The notes under the pieces: generated by a model | The model's database searches: none | The model's input: the letters and a program-made list of their open reading frames with translations, nothing else | Told to the model about the DNA's origin: nothing | Source of the DNA: Eledone cirrhosa | Taxonomy: Eukaryota | Reading direction: 5' to 3' | Length of the DNA stretch: 64,000 bases | NCBI GenBank assembly: GCA_964016885.1 | Contig: OZ024745.1 | Coordinates: 99,696,001 to 99,760,000 of the forward strand | Shown: positions 26,036 through 39,560 of the stretch, piece by piece | Layout of the letters: each line of letters begins with the position of its first letter | Numbering within the stretch: position 1 is the first letter of the stretch | Translations under genes and position numbers: made by a program

Positions 26036-27200
26036 GAGAAAGAGAGAGGTGAGAGAGAGAGAAAGAGAGAAAGAGAAAGAGGGAAAGAGAGAGAGAAAGA
26101 GGGAAAGAGAGAGAGAAAGAGAGAAAGAAAGAGAAAGAGAGGGGGAAGGAGAGAGAGAGAGAGAGAGATGGAGAGAGAGCAAGAGATGGAGAGATGGAGA
26201 GAGAGCGAGAGATAGAGCGAGAGATAGAGAGATGGAGAGAGAGCGAGAGATGGAGAGATGGAGAGAGAGCGAGAGAGCGAGAGAGGGAGAGAGAGAGAGA
26301 GAGGGAGAGATGGAGAGAGAGAGAGAGAGATGGAGAGAGATGGAGAGAGAGAGAGAGGGAGAGATGGAGAGAGAGAGAGATGGAGAGAGAGAGAGGGAGA
26401 GAGAGGGAGAGATGGAGAGAGAGAGAGAGGGGGGAGAGATGGAGAGAGAGAGAGGGAGAGAGAGGGAGAGATGGAGAGAGAGAGAGAGGGGGGAGAGAGA
26501 GAGGAGTAGAGAGAGAAATAGACATACAGACAGACATATATATAGAGAGAGACAGACAGACAGAGATACAGACAGACACAGATATAGAGAGACAGACAGA
26601 CAGATATATAGAGAGACAGACAGACAGACAGAGATATAGAGAGACAGACAGACAGAGATATAGAGAGACAGACAGACAGACACAGATATAGAGACAGACA
26701 GACAGAGATATAGAGAGACAGACAGACAGAGATATAGAGACAGACAGACAGAGATATAGAGAGACAGACAGAGATATAGAGAGACAGACAGACAGAGATA
26801 TAGAGAGACAGACAGAGATATAGAGAGACAGACAGACAGAGATATAGAGAGACAGACAGATATAGAGAGACAAACAGATATATAGAGAAACAGATGTAGA
26901 GTGGCAGTCAGTCAGACAAACAGAGAGAGAGAGTGAAAGAGAGAGAGAGAGAGAGAGTGAAAGAGAGAGAGTGAAAGAGGGAGAGAGAGTGAAAGAGGGA
27001 GAGAGAGAGAGAGTGAAAGAGAGAGAGTGAAAGTGAAAGAGAGAGAGAGAGAGAGAGAGTGAAAGAGAGAGAGAGAGTGAAAGAGAGAGAGAGAGTGAAA
27101 GAGAGAGAGAGAGAGAGATGCACAGAGATAGATAGAAACAAACAGTAGCTGGATAGAGACAGACAGACAGACAGAACCAGGCATCCAGAGACAGAAACAC
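26036..27200. repeat. Compound microsatellite (GA, GAGATG, GACA/GATA, GTGAAA)
   Basis: Direct observation; source of spurious ER/SL ORFs. Confidence 0.95.
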
Positions 27201-27643
27201 ATACAGCAGATAATGGGATAATTAAATAATGAAAAGGGAAAGGAAATGGAGGAAGTAGACGAGGGATTGAAGTAAGGGTGGGGTGTTGAGGTGTGTTGGA
27301 GATAATATTTATATCTCACACATCACTACATACTACTATGTGTTAATAATACAAATATGCATAGAAAAATAAAATCCTCACCAAATGTAAATTAAATATG
27401 AAAGTAACTTTGAAGCAGGATGAAAAAAAATTAAGTCAAACCACACAAAATATAAAATAATATATGTTCAATTAGCAATGAAAAGATAATAGAAATAATA
27501 AATGGCTTTATAAAGTCTAATAATTGTTTATTCTATTTTATTTTTCTAATTTGTCCCGGTAGAGAGTTACACCACTAATTTCAACATGGCCTGATAATAT
27601 ATTAATAACAGAAAAATATGCAGTTATTTCAAAGTTCTCCACC

Positions 27644-27681
<38 letters not shown>

Positions 27682-28540
27682 ATGTTATGGGAAAATACTT
27701 TCTTGTATATATTAGTTATCATGGCCTAATGTTAAATACAAAAAAAAAAGCTTCTCCTGCCAAAAGGTTGCCAATATATTCATTCCATTCTTTATATTTG
27801 CAGTTACAATGTTGTGGCTATTTTTATTTTGTCAGACAGTTACCACAAAAAAAGATATTTTTCTTTTACCGACAAGACAGGATGTAAGAATAAAAAAAAT
27901 GTTTTCCCATCACTCCACTATACAAATTAAGTCATATTGCATACTGTGTGATGTCTACATTACTGTTGATGCAAGTAATGCTGCTCAAAGAACTTTCTGT
28001 TCTTCAAGTTGATTTTAATAAAGCAACTACTTAGTGTTAATGCACATGCACTGTCCCCATTAGATTTAGTTCAAATATCAAATTTCTCACATCAGGAATT
28101 AAAATTTCTAACATTTTCAATTGAAAGAAAGCATTTTGGTTATTATATATAATATAATATAGTACATATATAGGGTGACCACAAAGTCACTCCATTTCAA
28201 ATACTTATAATATCAAAACTTGAATATTCTTACAATATTGGTGGATCCAGATGCATAAACTAACAAAGTTGCTTTCCTCATTTGCAGAATTGACTCGATC
28301 CACTAAATGGCAGTAATTCAAATCAAGGAGTGTTTTGTGGTTAATGTTCAGATAGTATATGACCAATGAGGGGAAGGTATATTCTACTGATGCTTGAATT
28401 CATTCAATCTAAATCATATGCCACCAGTTCTTTGAGAAAACAACACCATACTTCAGAACTAGGCATACCAAAGGACCGAAATAATGGAGGTAAACTTTGT
28501 TCCACCATTATGTTTTTCTGCTTTTTCTGTTCAAGTACTA

Positions 28541-28599
28541 GCTGTCTGATGAGGTCATAGCTGTTGAATAATGGTTATCACCGAAATATATATTATAGC
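28541..28599 (+). ncRNA. Well-formed type I hammerhead ribozyme (family H5)
   Basis: GCTGT-CTGATGA-GGTcATAGCTGTT(GAAT)AATGGTTATcACC-GAAA-T(ATAT)A-TT-ATAGC. Confidence 0.78.
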
Positions 28600-29669
28600 G
28601 AATATGAATAAACAAAGTTAATTTTAACCTGTTGACTTACACTTTATATATATACAACATATTAAACTTATGCCAAAATTTCTGTTTAGGGGAATATAAG
28701 TCAAACAGACTAAAATACATTAGTATAACTCATATGTATGTAAGAAATTGACAAGGAAAAAACAAGGGAAACAGTACAGTACAATGATGATTCATATTAG
28801 TTTAACACTTGATATAGTAAAAAGAAGGTTTTAACGTTTCAGGCAATAGTCCTTCATCATAAGATGGAATGAAAGAAGAAATAGATAGACAAGAGTAAGA
28901 AAAGGAAGAAATGAATTTTTTTTTGTTTTTGCAGGTGGAAAGCATGTGTATTTGTCAGCCATTTTGGAGAATACCCACATACACATACATTTGTTATTTT
29001 GAAGGCATCTTCCATAAATGTAAGCAAGTATACAAGAAATATCTATAATTTCACACTTTATTGTGAAGTAAAACCAATTCACATAATACTTTGCTTTTAG
29101 TTTAGTATAATTAATTTTTAAACTCAAATCTAACATAGCACTTTTATATAAACACAACTGATTGTTTAAATGTAACAGCAACTAGATCTTTGCTTACACA
29201 ATATAATTTAGTTTCAACATTTTAATTATTACCACATGTTTTAACAATGGAATCGTCTTTAAATAACATTAGGTAAACTTCAAGGACAATACAAGGAAGA
29301 TGTAAGCTGATTCAGCACTTTCATTGCTATATTTTAATATTGGTCTGAAATGAATGATAAAATGATATAGTAAATGGAGGCTAAATTCAGGACTGGTGCT
29401 ACCATTAGGTCAACTAAGAAAGGTAGAAAACTGACCCTTGAAGGGTGAAAAATTAACCTTGATTTTGAAAATCAAAGACTGGCAAAATGTATGTACAAGC
29501 TTGTGAGGATACATATAGTTGTGTCTAACTAGGGTGCAAAATAGTAAAATGTTGATAAACAAAGAAAATTTATTGAAGCAACTCAGCAAATTATTTGTAG
29601 AATTCCATAAAGATATTTTAGCCATTATGAATGACATATTTTATTTGTCTTTATAAAATTAGTAACTAA

Positions 29670-30060
29670 TGGCACAGACATGCCTGTGTAGTTAAGGAAT
29701 TTGTTTTACAACCATGTAGTTTCATGTTTAGTCCCTTAGACAAATGTTTCTACTACAGCCTTGGGTTCACTAATGCCTTGTGAGTGAAATTTGGTACATG
29801 GAAACTGTGTGGAAGCCTGTTCTCTCTCCCCTGTCTCTCTCCCTATATATAGACACGTGTGTGTGCATGCATGTGTGTGCGTGTGCATGCATCCATCTTT
29901 GTGTTTGCTATTTGTTCATGTCCTGTAACTTAGCAGATTCATATTTAGGGAACAATGAAATGCTAAGTTTGAAAAAAATAAAGTACTGGAATAGACTACA
30001 TTCCTTGAAGGCAGCATCTTAGCCTTGAGCAGTCTAAACTATCAAAGAAATACAAGAATA
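29670..30060 (+). mobile_element. SINE family C
   Basis: Head, body and internal (TG)n as in the other copies. Confidence 0.7.
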
Positions 30061-31204
30061 AATAAACAGAAAAATAATGTAAACTTCAAACGTTAAAAAT
30101 CAAGATATATTCTAGTTTATTTATATAAATATTTAAGTTTGAGTAATACTTTTTGTAATTCAGAATATAATCAGATAATGCAGCAGGCAAACTAGTTATC
30201 AGCAGTTGGTAAATTAGAAGATTTGTTACATCACTAACTACAGCTTACAGCTTTTAACTATCAAAATCTAGAATCAAATTCAGTCACTGATATTGTTAAT
30301 ACGCCATTGTCTAGTACAGCCTTGATGCAAAATGTAATTTAAAAAATGTAATTTAAAAAATGTAATTTAAAAAAAATATCGAAAGAAGACAAATTGGAAA
30401 AATCTTGACATTTTCAATTTAGTTAGCTATTGGCAATTTCATGGATTTCCTGAAATCTGCACATTGGTGTCAAGCTTGGGGGGAAAAGGGTTAATTGCAT
30501 GTCAACTGTATGAAAGTGATACCATGATTTCATGGCTAAAATACAGGAATTATGATTGCTTTTGTTTATTTCTTTGTTTTTAAATTAAATTTTCCTTCAT
30601 TTCTCTCCCACCAAGACCATTTAAAAGTAGGACATGCAAAATACTTTCCCTATTGCTCAGTTAACTTTTTCTATGAGCTTGCCTTAATCTTTAACTTGAC
30701 ATTTTCAAATAAGAACAAGTTAGACAAGATAAACTGTATATGATATATTCCATAAATTTCAACAATAACACACTTTTAAAAAACAAAAAAAATATTGTGT
30801 GTGTTTCTTAGATTGTTAAATTTGCTCTTTCTATTGTGAATCAAAATGAAATGTGAATGTACTAACTATATTTGAAACCATCAAAACCACTTATCCTTAT
30901 TATAATGAAGCTTATCTAAGTATATCTTTATATGTAACTGAAACACTGCCAGCCACTTCTCTCACCACCAATCACAACCTCCTTAAATAACACTTACATC
31001 ACACTGCCTCACACACCTACCACCTCTCCAAAGTAATGAAATAGAAAGTGTAAGAGAGAAAGAAAAGGAAACGAGAAAAGGGAAAGAAAAAAAAAGATTT
31101 TCTGGTAGACAAGATGGTTTACTTGTTATATTGCAGCCTAATAATATTCCCCCTCCACCCCACCTTTATAAAATGACATCAATATATGTTGACTGGTCTT
31201 GATG

Positions 31205-31600
31205 TTCAACAGAGGAGCTTCTACATGGTCACTTGACCTGCTCGAAATAGTAGTGAAGTCTCCCTCATATCATATCCTTTTAAATATATGGCATATTGAA
31301 CAATGTAGTCCTCATATACAAAGAGATAGTCGTGGTTATGCTTGGAATGCCATTCATCATAGATCTGTTCCATCAGGGTTGACTTGTGCTATAATCAACA
31401 ACAACCAAGTATAATTCCATCCAACAAAGAAGGCCTCTGTGCTGTCACTCAATCTGCTAGAAATAGGAGCCAGATGTTTCTCAAATAACATCCCACCATC
31501 ATAAACTAAGAGAGAACACATTGGATAATAAAGTTCTATGTATATAAAAAAAGATGAAACAATATATTGTCACGTATATCCTGGTTTTTAGAATAAGTAC
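31205..31600 (+). mobile_element. Two adjacent copies of repeat family D
   Basis: ggtcacttgacctgct.gaaatag motif twice; others at 10.7, 16.1, 33.7, 46.4 and 47.8 kb. Confidence 0.6.
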
Positions 31601-31868
31601 ACTGTATCCATGCATATCTTCAGAGGCAGCTGAAAGGGTTGGCATCAGGAAGGGCATCCAGCTGTAAAACATCTCAAAACATCTCGTCCAATCCATGTCA
31701 GCAGTAAAAATGATGAATATATATCTATCACTTATACTAGGAGAAAACTGTCCCAAAGAAAATATTTCTCCTCATAAAAATAATATTTAGTCCAGAAAAA
31801 TCAAGTTAAGTTTTCACCTTATTATTTTCTCTTATAATTTTGCAGGTTTTCCATTTATTTCCCTACAT

Positions 31869-32085
31869 TAATCCTTTAGCATTTAAACCAGCCATATCCG
31901 GCCAGAATTCTGTCACCTGTTTCTGTTCAAACCAGCCGCTCATACTAATGTTAAGGTATTGCTCTCAAAATAAATAATATCAAATCTCATAGATTTGATA
32001 TTATATGAGGTAATTATGTGAGATAAAGCCTTTACTGTGAAAATATAATTGTAAATATAGAGTAATGTAAATACTAAAGGGTTTA
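31869..32085. mobile_element. MITE P1
   Basis: TIRs and internal sequence. Confidence 0.88.
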
Positions 32086-32995
32086 GTTGTCATCCATCAG
32101 CCTGCATTTTTAATACAGAATATACACATACTCATGTTTGCCTTAAAAATATGGAGACTCTTTAGTTTGCAGAGAACAAGGCAACCTCTAGTGTTTCTAC
32201 CATGATAATATGCCCTCTTTAAACTAGTTGGCAAGTGAATGGTGTAATCATGGAAGATAGAGAAAATTCTCAAGTTACATTAAAGGTATGACAACCTTCC
32301 TATTAATGATGCCATGATAAAATACATTGGAACACTTAAGTTGTTGGTGTTAAGAAAGACAACCAGCAATAGAAACTCTGCCCTAAAGTGAAATGTATCA
32401 GTGTTCTAGAATGGGAGTAACTGAACTGGACAATCATTGCCAGTATGGGAAAATTAAAACACAATGATGATGACGATGATGAGAGAGAAATAGAGAGAGA
32501 GATAGTGAGAGAGAGTGAGAGAAAGAGAGAAGTAGAGCGAAAGAGAGAGAAAGAGAGAGATGTCATAGTAAAGAAAACAAAATGTTTCAAAACCACATTT
32601 GAAGCATTCACAGGTTTGAATGACATTTTTCAAATAAAGAAACAACATGAACCTACACGACAAAAGATATGACTTATCAAGTGTATGTGTGCATTGATGT
32701 TCCATCACTTTTACTCACTGCCCCTGGCTCTCTCAGCCTCCCCCTCTTACACTATTATATGCAAATTGGAGCCCACACGCTGGGTGCCCTGCAGTCTCAA
32801 TGGTCAGAATAGAGAAGGCATTTCCCTAGAAGATGGTGAGGGAGATGCATTAAAAGAGCCACTCCAGTTTGCAAGGCCCACACCTGCGGGTAGCCAATGG
32901 TGGTAAGTAGGGCAGTGGTCGTAGGGCTAAGGACACAAGAAGTCTCAAACCTGTTGAAGAGCAACCGATATTTAGGGAGTTAACATTAACATATA

Positions 32996-33221
32996 AATAA
33001 TGGTTTCTTATAAAGGCACAAGGCCAGCAATTTTTTTTTGGGGGGGGGGGGGGGGGTTGATTAAATCAACCCCAGTGCATGACTGGTACTTTATTTTATC
33101 GACCCCATAAGGATGAAAGGCAAAGTTAACCTCGGCAAAATTTGAACTCAGATCATAAAGAGCTGTAACTATGCTGCAAAGCATGGCGCCAAACCTTCTA
33201 TCGATACTGCCAACCCACCAC
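32996..33221 (-). mobile_element. SINE family A, long variant
   Basis: Extra G-run segment relative to short copies. Confidence 0.88.
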
Positions 33222-33246
33222 ACTAAAATAATGTTTGTAAATGCTT

Positions 33247-33324
33247 GGGCTCGTCTGGGATTTGAACCAGGAACCTCTCGCTTGCTAAGCGAAAATCAGA
33301 CCCCTAATAGATCCATAACGAACC
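33247..33324 (-). pseudogene. tRNA-Pro-derived pseudogene (anticodon reads AGC)
   Basis: Minus: GGTTCGTTATGGATCTATTAGGGGTCTGATTTTCGCTTAGCAAGCGAGAGGTTCCTGGTTCAAATCCCAGACGAGCCC; colinear with metazoan tRNA-Pro but with D-arm insertions. Confidence 0.8.
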
Positions 33325-33669
33325 ACAGTAAACTACAAAGAATACACTAAAAATGAAAGACTGTAGTTTTGTTTCTATTTTTTTCTTATTTTTTTCTTAC
33401 AAGTTCGAACCCTTACGGATTGCAGACAGGCAGATGTACCACACTACAGAACACTGCTATAACTAATTCATGAGAAATTCTTATCTCTTTCATTCAGTCT
33501 AGACAAACATAACTAAAAAATAAAAAAAAAAAACATAGAAAAAATAACAGCAATATGAATAAACTCAATGGCCATAAACACTGCACTAAAATACACACCA
33601 CCATTGATAATTACAGAGAAACACTAACTGTTGCTCATCCCCACTGTAACCACCAATAGAACCTACAGG

Positions 33670-34620
33670 CAACAAAATAGCTTCTTATGTAGTCACTTGA
33701 TCTGCTAGACATAATAACCAAATTTGCTTTAAATCACATCCTATCATCTTAACCCTTTAGTCTTTACATTACTCTATATTTACTATTATATTTTCATGGT
33801 AAAGGCCTTACCTCACATAATATCGAATCTGAGATTTTGATATTATTTATGTTCAGAACAATACCTTAACATCAGTATGAGCGACTGGTTATAGCTGGTT
33901 TGAACTAAAAGAGGTAAATGCTAAACAGTCATGTCTAAAGCTATATTGTATTATTAATGGTAGATTGGCAGTATCGGTAGAGGGTCGGACGCCATGCTTT
34001 GCAGCATAGAGTTACGGCCCTTTATGATCTGAGTTCAAATCCCGCCGAGGTTAACTTTGCCTTTCATCCTTACGGGGTCGATAAAACAAAATACCAGTAA
34101 TACACTGGATAATTGCTGGCCTTGTGCCAAAATTAGAAACAATTATTATAATTTAACAGGGCGGTGGATTGGCAGTATCGGTAGTGTCGGACGCCATGCT
34201 ATGGCGCATAGAGTTACGGCCCTTTCCATTCTGAGTTCAAATCCCGCCGAGGTTAACTTTGCCTTTCATCCTTACGGGGTCGAAAGTAGAAACAATTATT
34301 AACTTAAGATGCTTAAAAAATAAACAAAAAAAAAACAATTTTGGATAGTGTTGACAAACCTTTTTTATCATAGGTTAGACAAGAATGACCCATGGTTAAC
34401 CTTTTAGCATTTAAACTGACCAGAGTTCACTCACCTCACTGTAACTTTCCACTCATTTTTATCAAAATAATATCAAAATCTCATAGATAAAATATTATGT
34501 GAGATAATTATCAAGAAATAAAGCCTTTATCGTGAAAATACAATAGTAAATATATAGAGTTATGTAAATGCTAAAGGGTTAAATAACAATCAAGGCCAGC
34601 CTAGAGATCAACAAGAACAA
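33670..34620. mobile_element. Nested cluster: family D + MITE P1 (33749-33925, 34396-34582) + SINE A (33958-34148, 34160-34300)
   Basis: Family motifs interleaved; MITEs sit at TTAA sites. Confidence 0.8.
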
Positions 34621-35363
34621 CAAGCCTACAAAAATTAACTGGATGATAGGGTGTGTATGACATGTCACACTAACCCAGTAACCACAGCATATTGGTATGT
34701 GTGGTATGGTTAGATAGAAGCAGGATGTACCTAGAGCAAGAGATTTATGGATTCCATTAATTGTTTCCACTGAGAAACTTGTGTGTCATGAAGTATGCTC
34801 AATGACAATTGACCTGCATTATAAATACAAGTCTTACAATCACACAACTCAGTTAAGCTGACAGTAAATTCAATTCAACCCAAATTATGAGAAAGGAATA
34901 TTGATTTTGAAAAATGTTTCCACATGGAAACTAAACAGGAAAAAATAAAAAAAATATACACTAGTAAAAAAAAAACAAAAACAAAAAAACAAACAAAAGA
35001 AAAGCTCCAAGATTTTATATAAATAATAAATAAAAGAAAATATAAGGGTTACAGATTGAAATGACAAGCTTATATGGGAGTCTAAAGCCAAAATCAACAT
35101 GTGATGGTTAAAAACAACAAGGGCAATACAGAGCAGAAAGAGAGTTCAGATGGTTAGGTTGGAAAGCAACTTAATGCTTCCCTTTTCCTGGACATCAGCT
35201 GGTGACAACAGCAACAGGAGGAAGTTACCTTGCTGAGAGAAGAAAACAAACATACAGCTCATACCCCTTCCCCACTTGTGTAAGCTAGACCTTTTAGCCT
35301 CTGAGACAAATGAAAAACAAACTAGGGGAGGTAGAGATAGTGACTGAATGAGAGAAAGAGATA

Positions 35364-35515
35364 GTGTGTGTGTGTGTGTGTGTGTGTGCGTGTGCGTGTG
35401 CGTGTGCGTGTGCGTGTGCGTGTGCGTGTGCGTGTGCGTGTGCGTGTGTGTGTGTGCGCAAATGTGTGTGTGTGTGTGTGCGTGCGTGTGTGTGTGTGAC
35501 TGTGTGTGACTGTGT
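35364..35515. repeat. (GT)n/(GCGTGT)n microsatellite
   Basis: Direct observation. Confidence 0.95.
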
Positions 35516-35929
35516 TTGGAAGGGAATAGAGAGGAGCACCTAAATTGGTTTTGAACATGAAAAAGGAAGTTGTCTTAACCCTACTTCCAATACAGTATAA
35601 AAGCACTACCTGCCCTTTCTAAATGATAGCTTATGAGAACAAACTAAGATTGTTTTGTATACATATAGACAACAATTGTGAAAATATTATAAGAGGGCCT
35701 TACAAGGAGTCACAGTAAATATCTCTATTCATGTTACTTTTTGTTCTAAGGAAATAGTAATAATTAATCAACAAGACTGGTAATTATTTTAGTGAAAAAT
35801 ATAACAAATCTATTCACACTTTCAGAGATATGTTTGTCTGTATCAAAGATGTCTCCCAGAAAATCCCTGTTTAAAAAAATAAATATCACTAAAAAGAGTA
35901 AACATTCAGCTAAAAAGGGAAGCAATATT

Positions 35930-36081
35930 TATAACATTCTGAGTTCAAACCCCACCAAGGTTAGTTTTGCCTTTCATCTTTTCTAGATTGATGAAATAAG
36001 GTACCAATAATGCATTGGGGTTGATTTAGTCGACTTTCCCCTTCCCCTCAAATTCTGGCCTTGTGCCAGAAGTAGAAACAA
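35930..36081 (+). mobile_element. SINE A long variant, 5'-truncated
   Basis: B-box through to tail. Confidence 0.8.
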
Positions 36082-36369
36082 ATACAGTAGAACCTTACAG
36101 TGTGAGTAATTTGCTGTATGAGCTGAGCGAGGCTCGTGCGAATTTTTGTCTTGTAGTTACCATCATCGTCATCCATCTTCCACGTTAAACAAGAGGAAAT
36201 CTGCAGTACGAGCAAGTTTCATACAAGCAATTGTTAGTCTGTGCTAAGCTCGTAACAAGTGCAGCATCCGCTTGCTCAATTTAAATGTTTATTTCATTTT
36301 AGAAAAAGAGAATAAAATAGTCAGATTTATAGTGTGTATAAAATGAAATCAACTAATAGATTTCAATTT

Positions 36370-36770
36370 GGGCACGGACATAGAAATGTGGTTAAGGAGT
36401 TTGTTTTGTAACCAATTGATTTAAGGTTTAGTTTCACTCTATGACATCTTGGGTGTCTTTGATACTTTGTAAGTGAAATTTTGTAGACAAAATCTGCGTG
36501 CAAGCTCGTCTCACACACACATATGTATATAATTTATTAGTGCGTAACTTTACGTTACAATTGGTTCACCAGTTTCAGCACACACGTGTCTGTGTGTGTA
36601 TGTGTGCATGGTCTGTGTGTAAGTGCGCATGTCTGTGCTTACATCCCATAATTTTGATGTTTGGCCTATAGAGATCAATATAATAGTGGAGTCAATACAA
36701 TTGACTAAATACCTTCAAAGCAGTGTCCCATCATGGCTGCAGTATAATGACTAAAACCAGTAAAAGAATA
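36370..36770 (+). mobile_element. SINE family C
   Basis: Family motifs with internal (TG)n. Confidence 0.65.
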
Positions 36771-36817
36771 CCATGTAGGCCGATAGATTTCGCATATAAG
36801 ACATATGGATAAATTGT

Positions 36818-36982
36818 TTACCCCTTTAGCATTTGCATTATTCTATATTTACTATTATATTTTCACAGTAAAGGCTTTACACCACATAATATTGAATCTA
36901 TGAGATTTTGATATCATTTATTGCAACAAAGCATGGCGTCCGACCCTCTACCAATACTGCCAATACACCGCTAAAGGGTTAA
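36818..36982. mobile_element. MITE P1 / SINE A chimera
   Basis: P1 left part, then reversed SINE head, then CTAAAGGGTTAA. Confidence 0.75.
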
Positions 36983-37374
36983 GCAAGGCAGTTGTAAGAA
37001 TCAAGTATCAAGCATGATCACAGTAATTAAAATAATTGCTAACAAGAGCAATAACTTCAATTTAAGAAGTTTACGTAATGCAGACAGACAAAGTATTTTG
37101 GCAAAGCCACTAAATTAATAATTATAAATTAAATGACTGCTAAGATTTTCAACCTGAAAGGATATTAAATATAATCAGAAATTCGAGATGGAAAAGTGAG
37201 ACAGGCCCATTGGTTGATCTTTTCCACCTCAAGTCGGTACTTATAATATAAGTACTGATTAATAAGATGAATCATACTGATTGATCTTATTAATCAATAT
37301 TTGTTGAATTGATAAGTTATGCATTTTTTTACATCAATAAATATCAACAGCTTAAATAGATACATCCTTACATA

Positions 37375-37485
37375 CAGGGTATCCCCCAAACATGTATACA
37401 CACTTCAACAGTATTCTAATAAAATATTGCCTGTACAGGTAATATAAAGTGTGTATACATTTTTTTAGGGGGGGGGGGCACCCTG
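37375..37485. mobile_element. Tc1/mariner-type MITE
   Basis: TA-CAGGGT..ATGTATACACACTT / AAGTGTGTATACAT..ACCCTG-TA. Confidence 0.8.
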
Positions 37486-38066
37486 TATATACAACAAACT
37501 TCAGCAGAGTTGCCATCTACCAAACATTCTAAAAATTTAATAATATTACAGGAAGTTTAAATAAAATTCAACAACCCACTCCAAATCCTAATAGAAGTAT
37601 ATGAAAATTGTCAACATCATTATTTAGATGTCCAATTTTTTTTATGTCAGCATTCATTAGATGAATAAAACAATGCATATTCACACCACTCTTATCTGTA
37701 AGATAAATCATTTTCACTACTGATTACTCTTCCTATATATTCAATGTTTTTTGTTCTGTTAGAAGATGACCCATACCACCATAGCAGGTATTGCCATTTG
37801 CACCACATGCCCATCCCAGCAAAGCCACATCTACCAGTTAATGGTTTAATTCTCTGTCACTCTAAAATGTTTGGGGATTTCTCTTTCAGGCAAATTTAAC
37901 ATTACACGTATGTTTATGTGAGATAGACAGATAGATGTAAACATTTTGTAGCAAACCTTTTTTTGGTGTGTGTTCCTAAGAAGCAAAGTAATAATTATTT
38001 ATTTATCTAAATTTCTTTTCTGTTCCACAGTTTTGTAGATGACTAAACTCATTACCATAGTACTTG

Positions 38067-38262
38067 AATAATGATTTCTACTATAGGCACAAGGCCAGCA
38101 ATTTGGGGAGAAGGGATAGTCAATTAAATCAACCCAGTGCATTACTGGTGCTTTATTTTATCAACCCTGTAAGGATGAAAGGCAAAGCTAAACTCAGCAG
38201 GATTTGAACTCAGAACATAAAGGGCCATAACTATGCTGAAAAGCTTAGCATCCAACACTACC
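38067..38262 (-). mobile_element. SINE family A (long variant)
   Basis: Family match. Confidence 0.85.
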
Positions 38263-38493
38263 TATTTTGAAATAATATAATAAATTAATAATAGTCAAAA
38301 CATTTATTAAACTAGATTTTGTTCTGAAAGAGGGAGTATCACTGTGAGTCATAATCAACATTAAGTCTTCTTTTAATCTACAAAATCTAAAATTAAGAGT
38401 GTTTACTTTGTTGAAATCTTGAGAAATGCCATATTAAAGATGGAAACAATGTGGATGGATACTATTATCTAGGCTGAACTTGCAAGGTTCATT

Positions 38494-38655
38494 AATTGTT
38501 TCTACTTTAAGCACAGTGCATTACTGGTACTTTATTTTATCGACCCCGTAAGGATGAAAGGCAAAGTCAACCTCGGTGGGATTTAAACTCAGATCGTAAT
38601 TGGATGTAACTATGCTAGAAAGCATGGCGTCCGACCCTCTACCCATACTGCCAAT
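38494..38655 (-). mobile_element. SINE family A with internal deletion
   Basis: Family match. Confidence 0.85.
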
Positions 38656-38749
38656 ATGAGGAAAAAAGCCAGTTACTATTTTAGTTAATAAACATATATT
38701 TCCAGGGATCTGTTCGAAAAATATATTGTAATCTCCATCCAACACTGCA

Positions 38750-39560
38750 AAAACAGCTGATAGGCCTGCAACCTATCCTGGGAGGTGTGGGATGGAAGCA
38801 CAAAGGATATATATCTTGAAACCCCAAAGAGGGTCCAGAGGGAAGCAAATCTTGACAACTACTAACTGGAATATCACAACACTTACAGGTAAGAAGGGGG
38901 AACTAGTGAAGGAGGCTAGATGCTACCAGCTAGATATAGTCGGAGTTTCCTCAAAATTTTGTGAATTCTGGTACTGTAGATTTGGTTGGAGGATGGAAAC
39001 TCCATTAATCAGGTGTGGCACCAGAATGACTACAAAGGCACGAGTGGGGATACAGTTAGGAAGAAGACTGCCTTTTGAAGCTTAGGCTGAAAGAAAGGTC
39101 TCTGTGGGTTGTGCAAGTTTATGTGCCAAACAGAGTCCGAATACAGATCCTTCCTTGGTGAAGTCACTGCAGCATTAGTTTTAGTTAAGACTGAGTCATA
39201 TATCCTAATGGGAGACTTCAATGAACATGTTGGCACAGACTACTTGACATGGAAAGGAGTGATTAGAAGGTATGGCAATCCCAATCTAAACAGGAATGGA
39301 TTGACCATATTAGACTTCTGCACTAGTAATGGGCTTTCTATTGTGAACATCATCTTCCAGCACAAAGACATCCATAAATATACATAGTATAAGCAGAAAC
39401 AGAGACTGAGATCAATTGATTTTGAGATTAATTGATTTTGCTAGTGTCTTTTATCTCTTCCATTCTGTGCTGGATATTTGTATTAAGTAAGGGGCTGAGC
39501 TGTCAACTGATCACCGTCTAGTTATCTGCAGTCTGAGATTACCTAAAGCCAAGAGAACCT
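38750..39560 (+). pseudogene. APE endonuclease fragment of a second RTE-clade lineage (Expander/Rex3-like)
   Basis: WNITTLTGKKGELVKEARCYQLDIVGVSS, ILMGDFNEHVG, FQHKDIHKYT, LSTDHRLV. Confidence 0.85.

Noticed and set aside
26015-27319. Long ER-rich and SL-rich ORFs (up to 389 aa)
   Set aside because: Translations of (GA)n/(GACA)n microsatellites; the same applies to 22151-22492
36084-36280. TA-CAGTAGAACCT pogo/Tigger-like end
   Set aside because: Only one terminus recognisable; likewise the hAT-like starts near 41155 and 57615, so not called as elements
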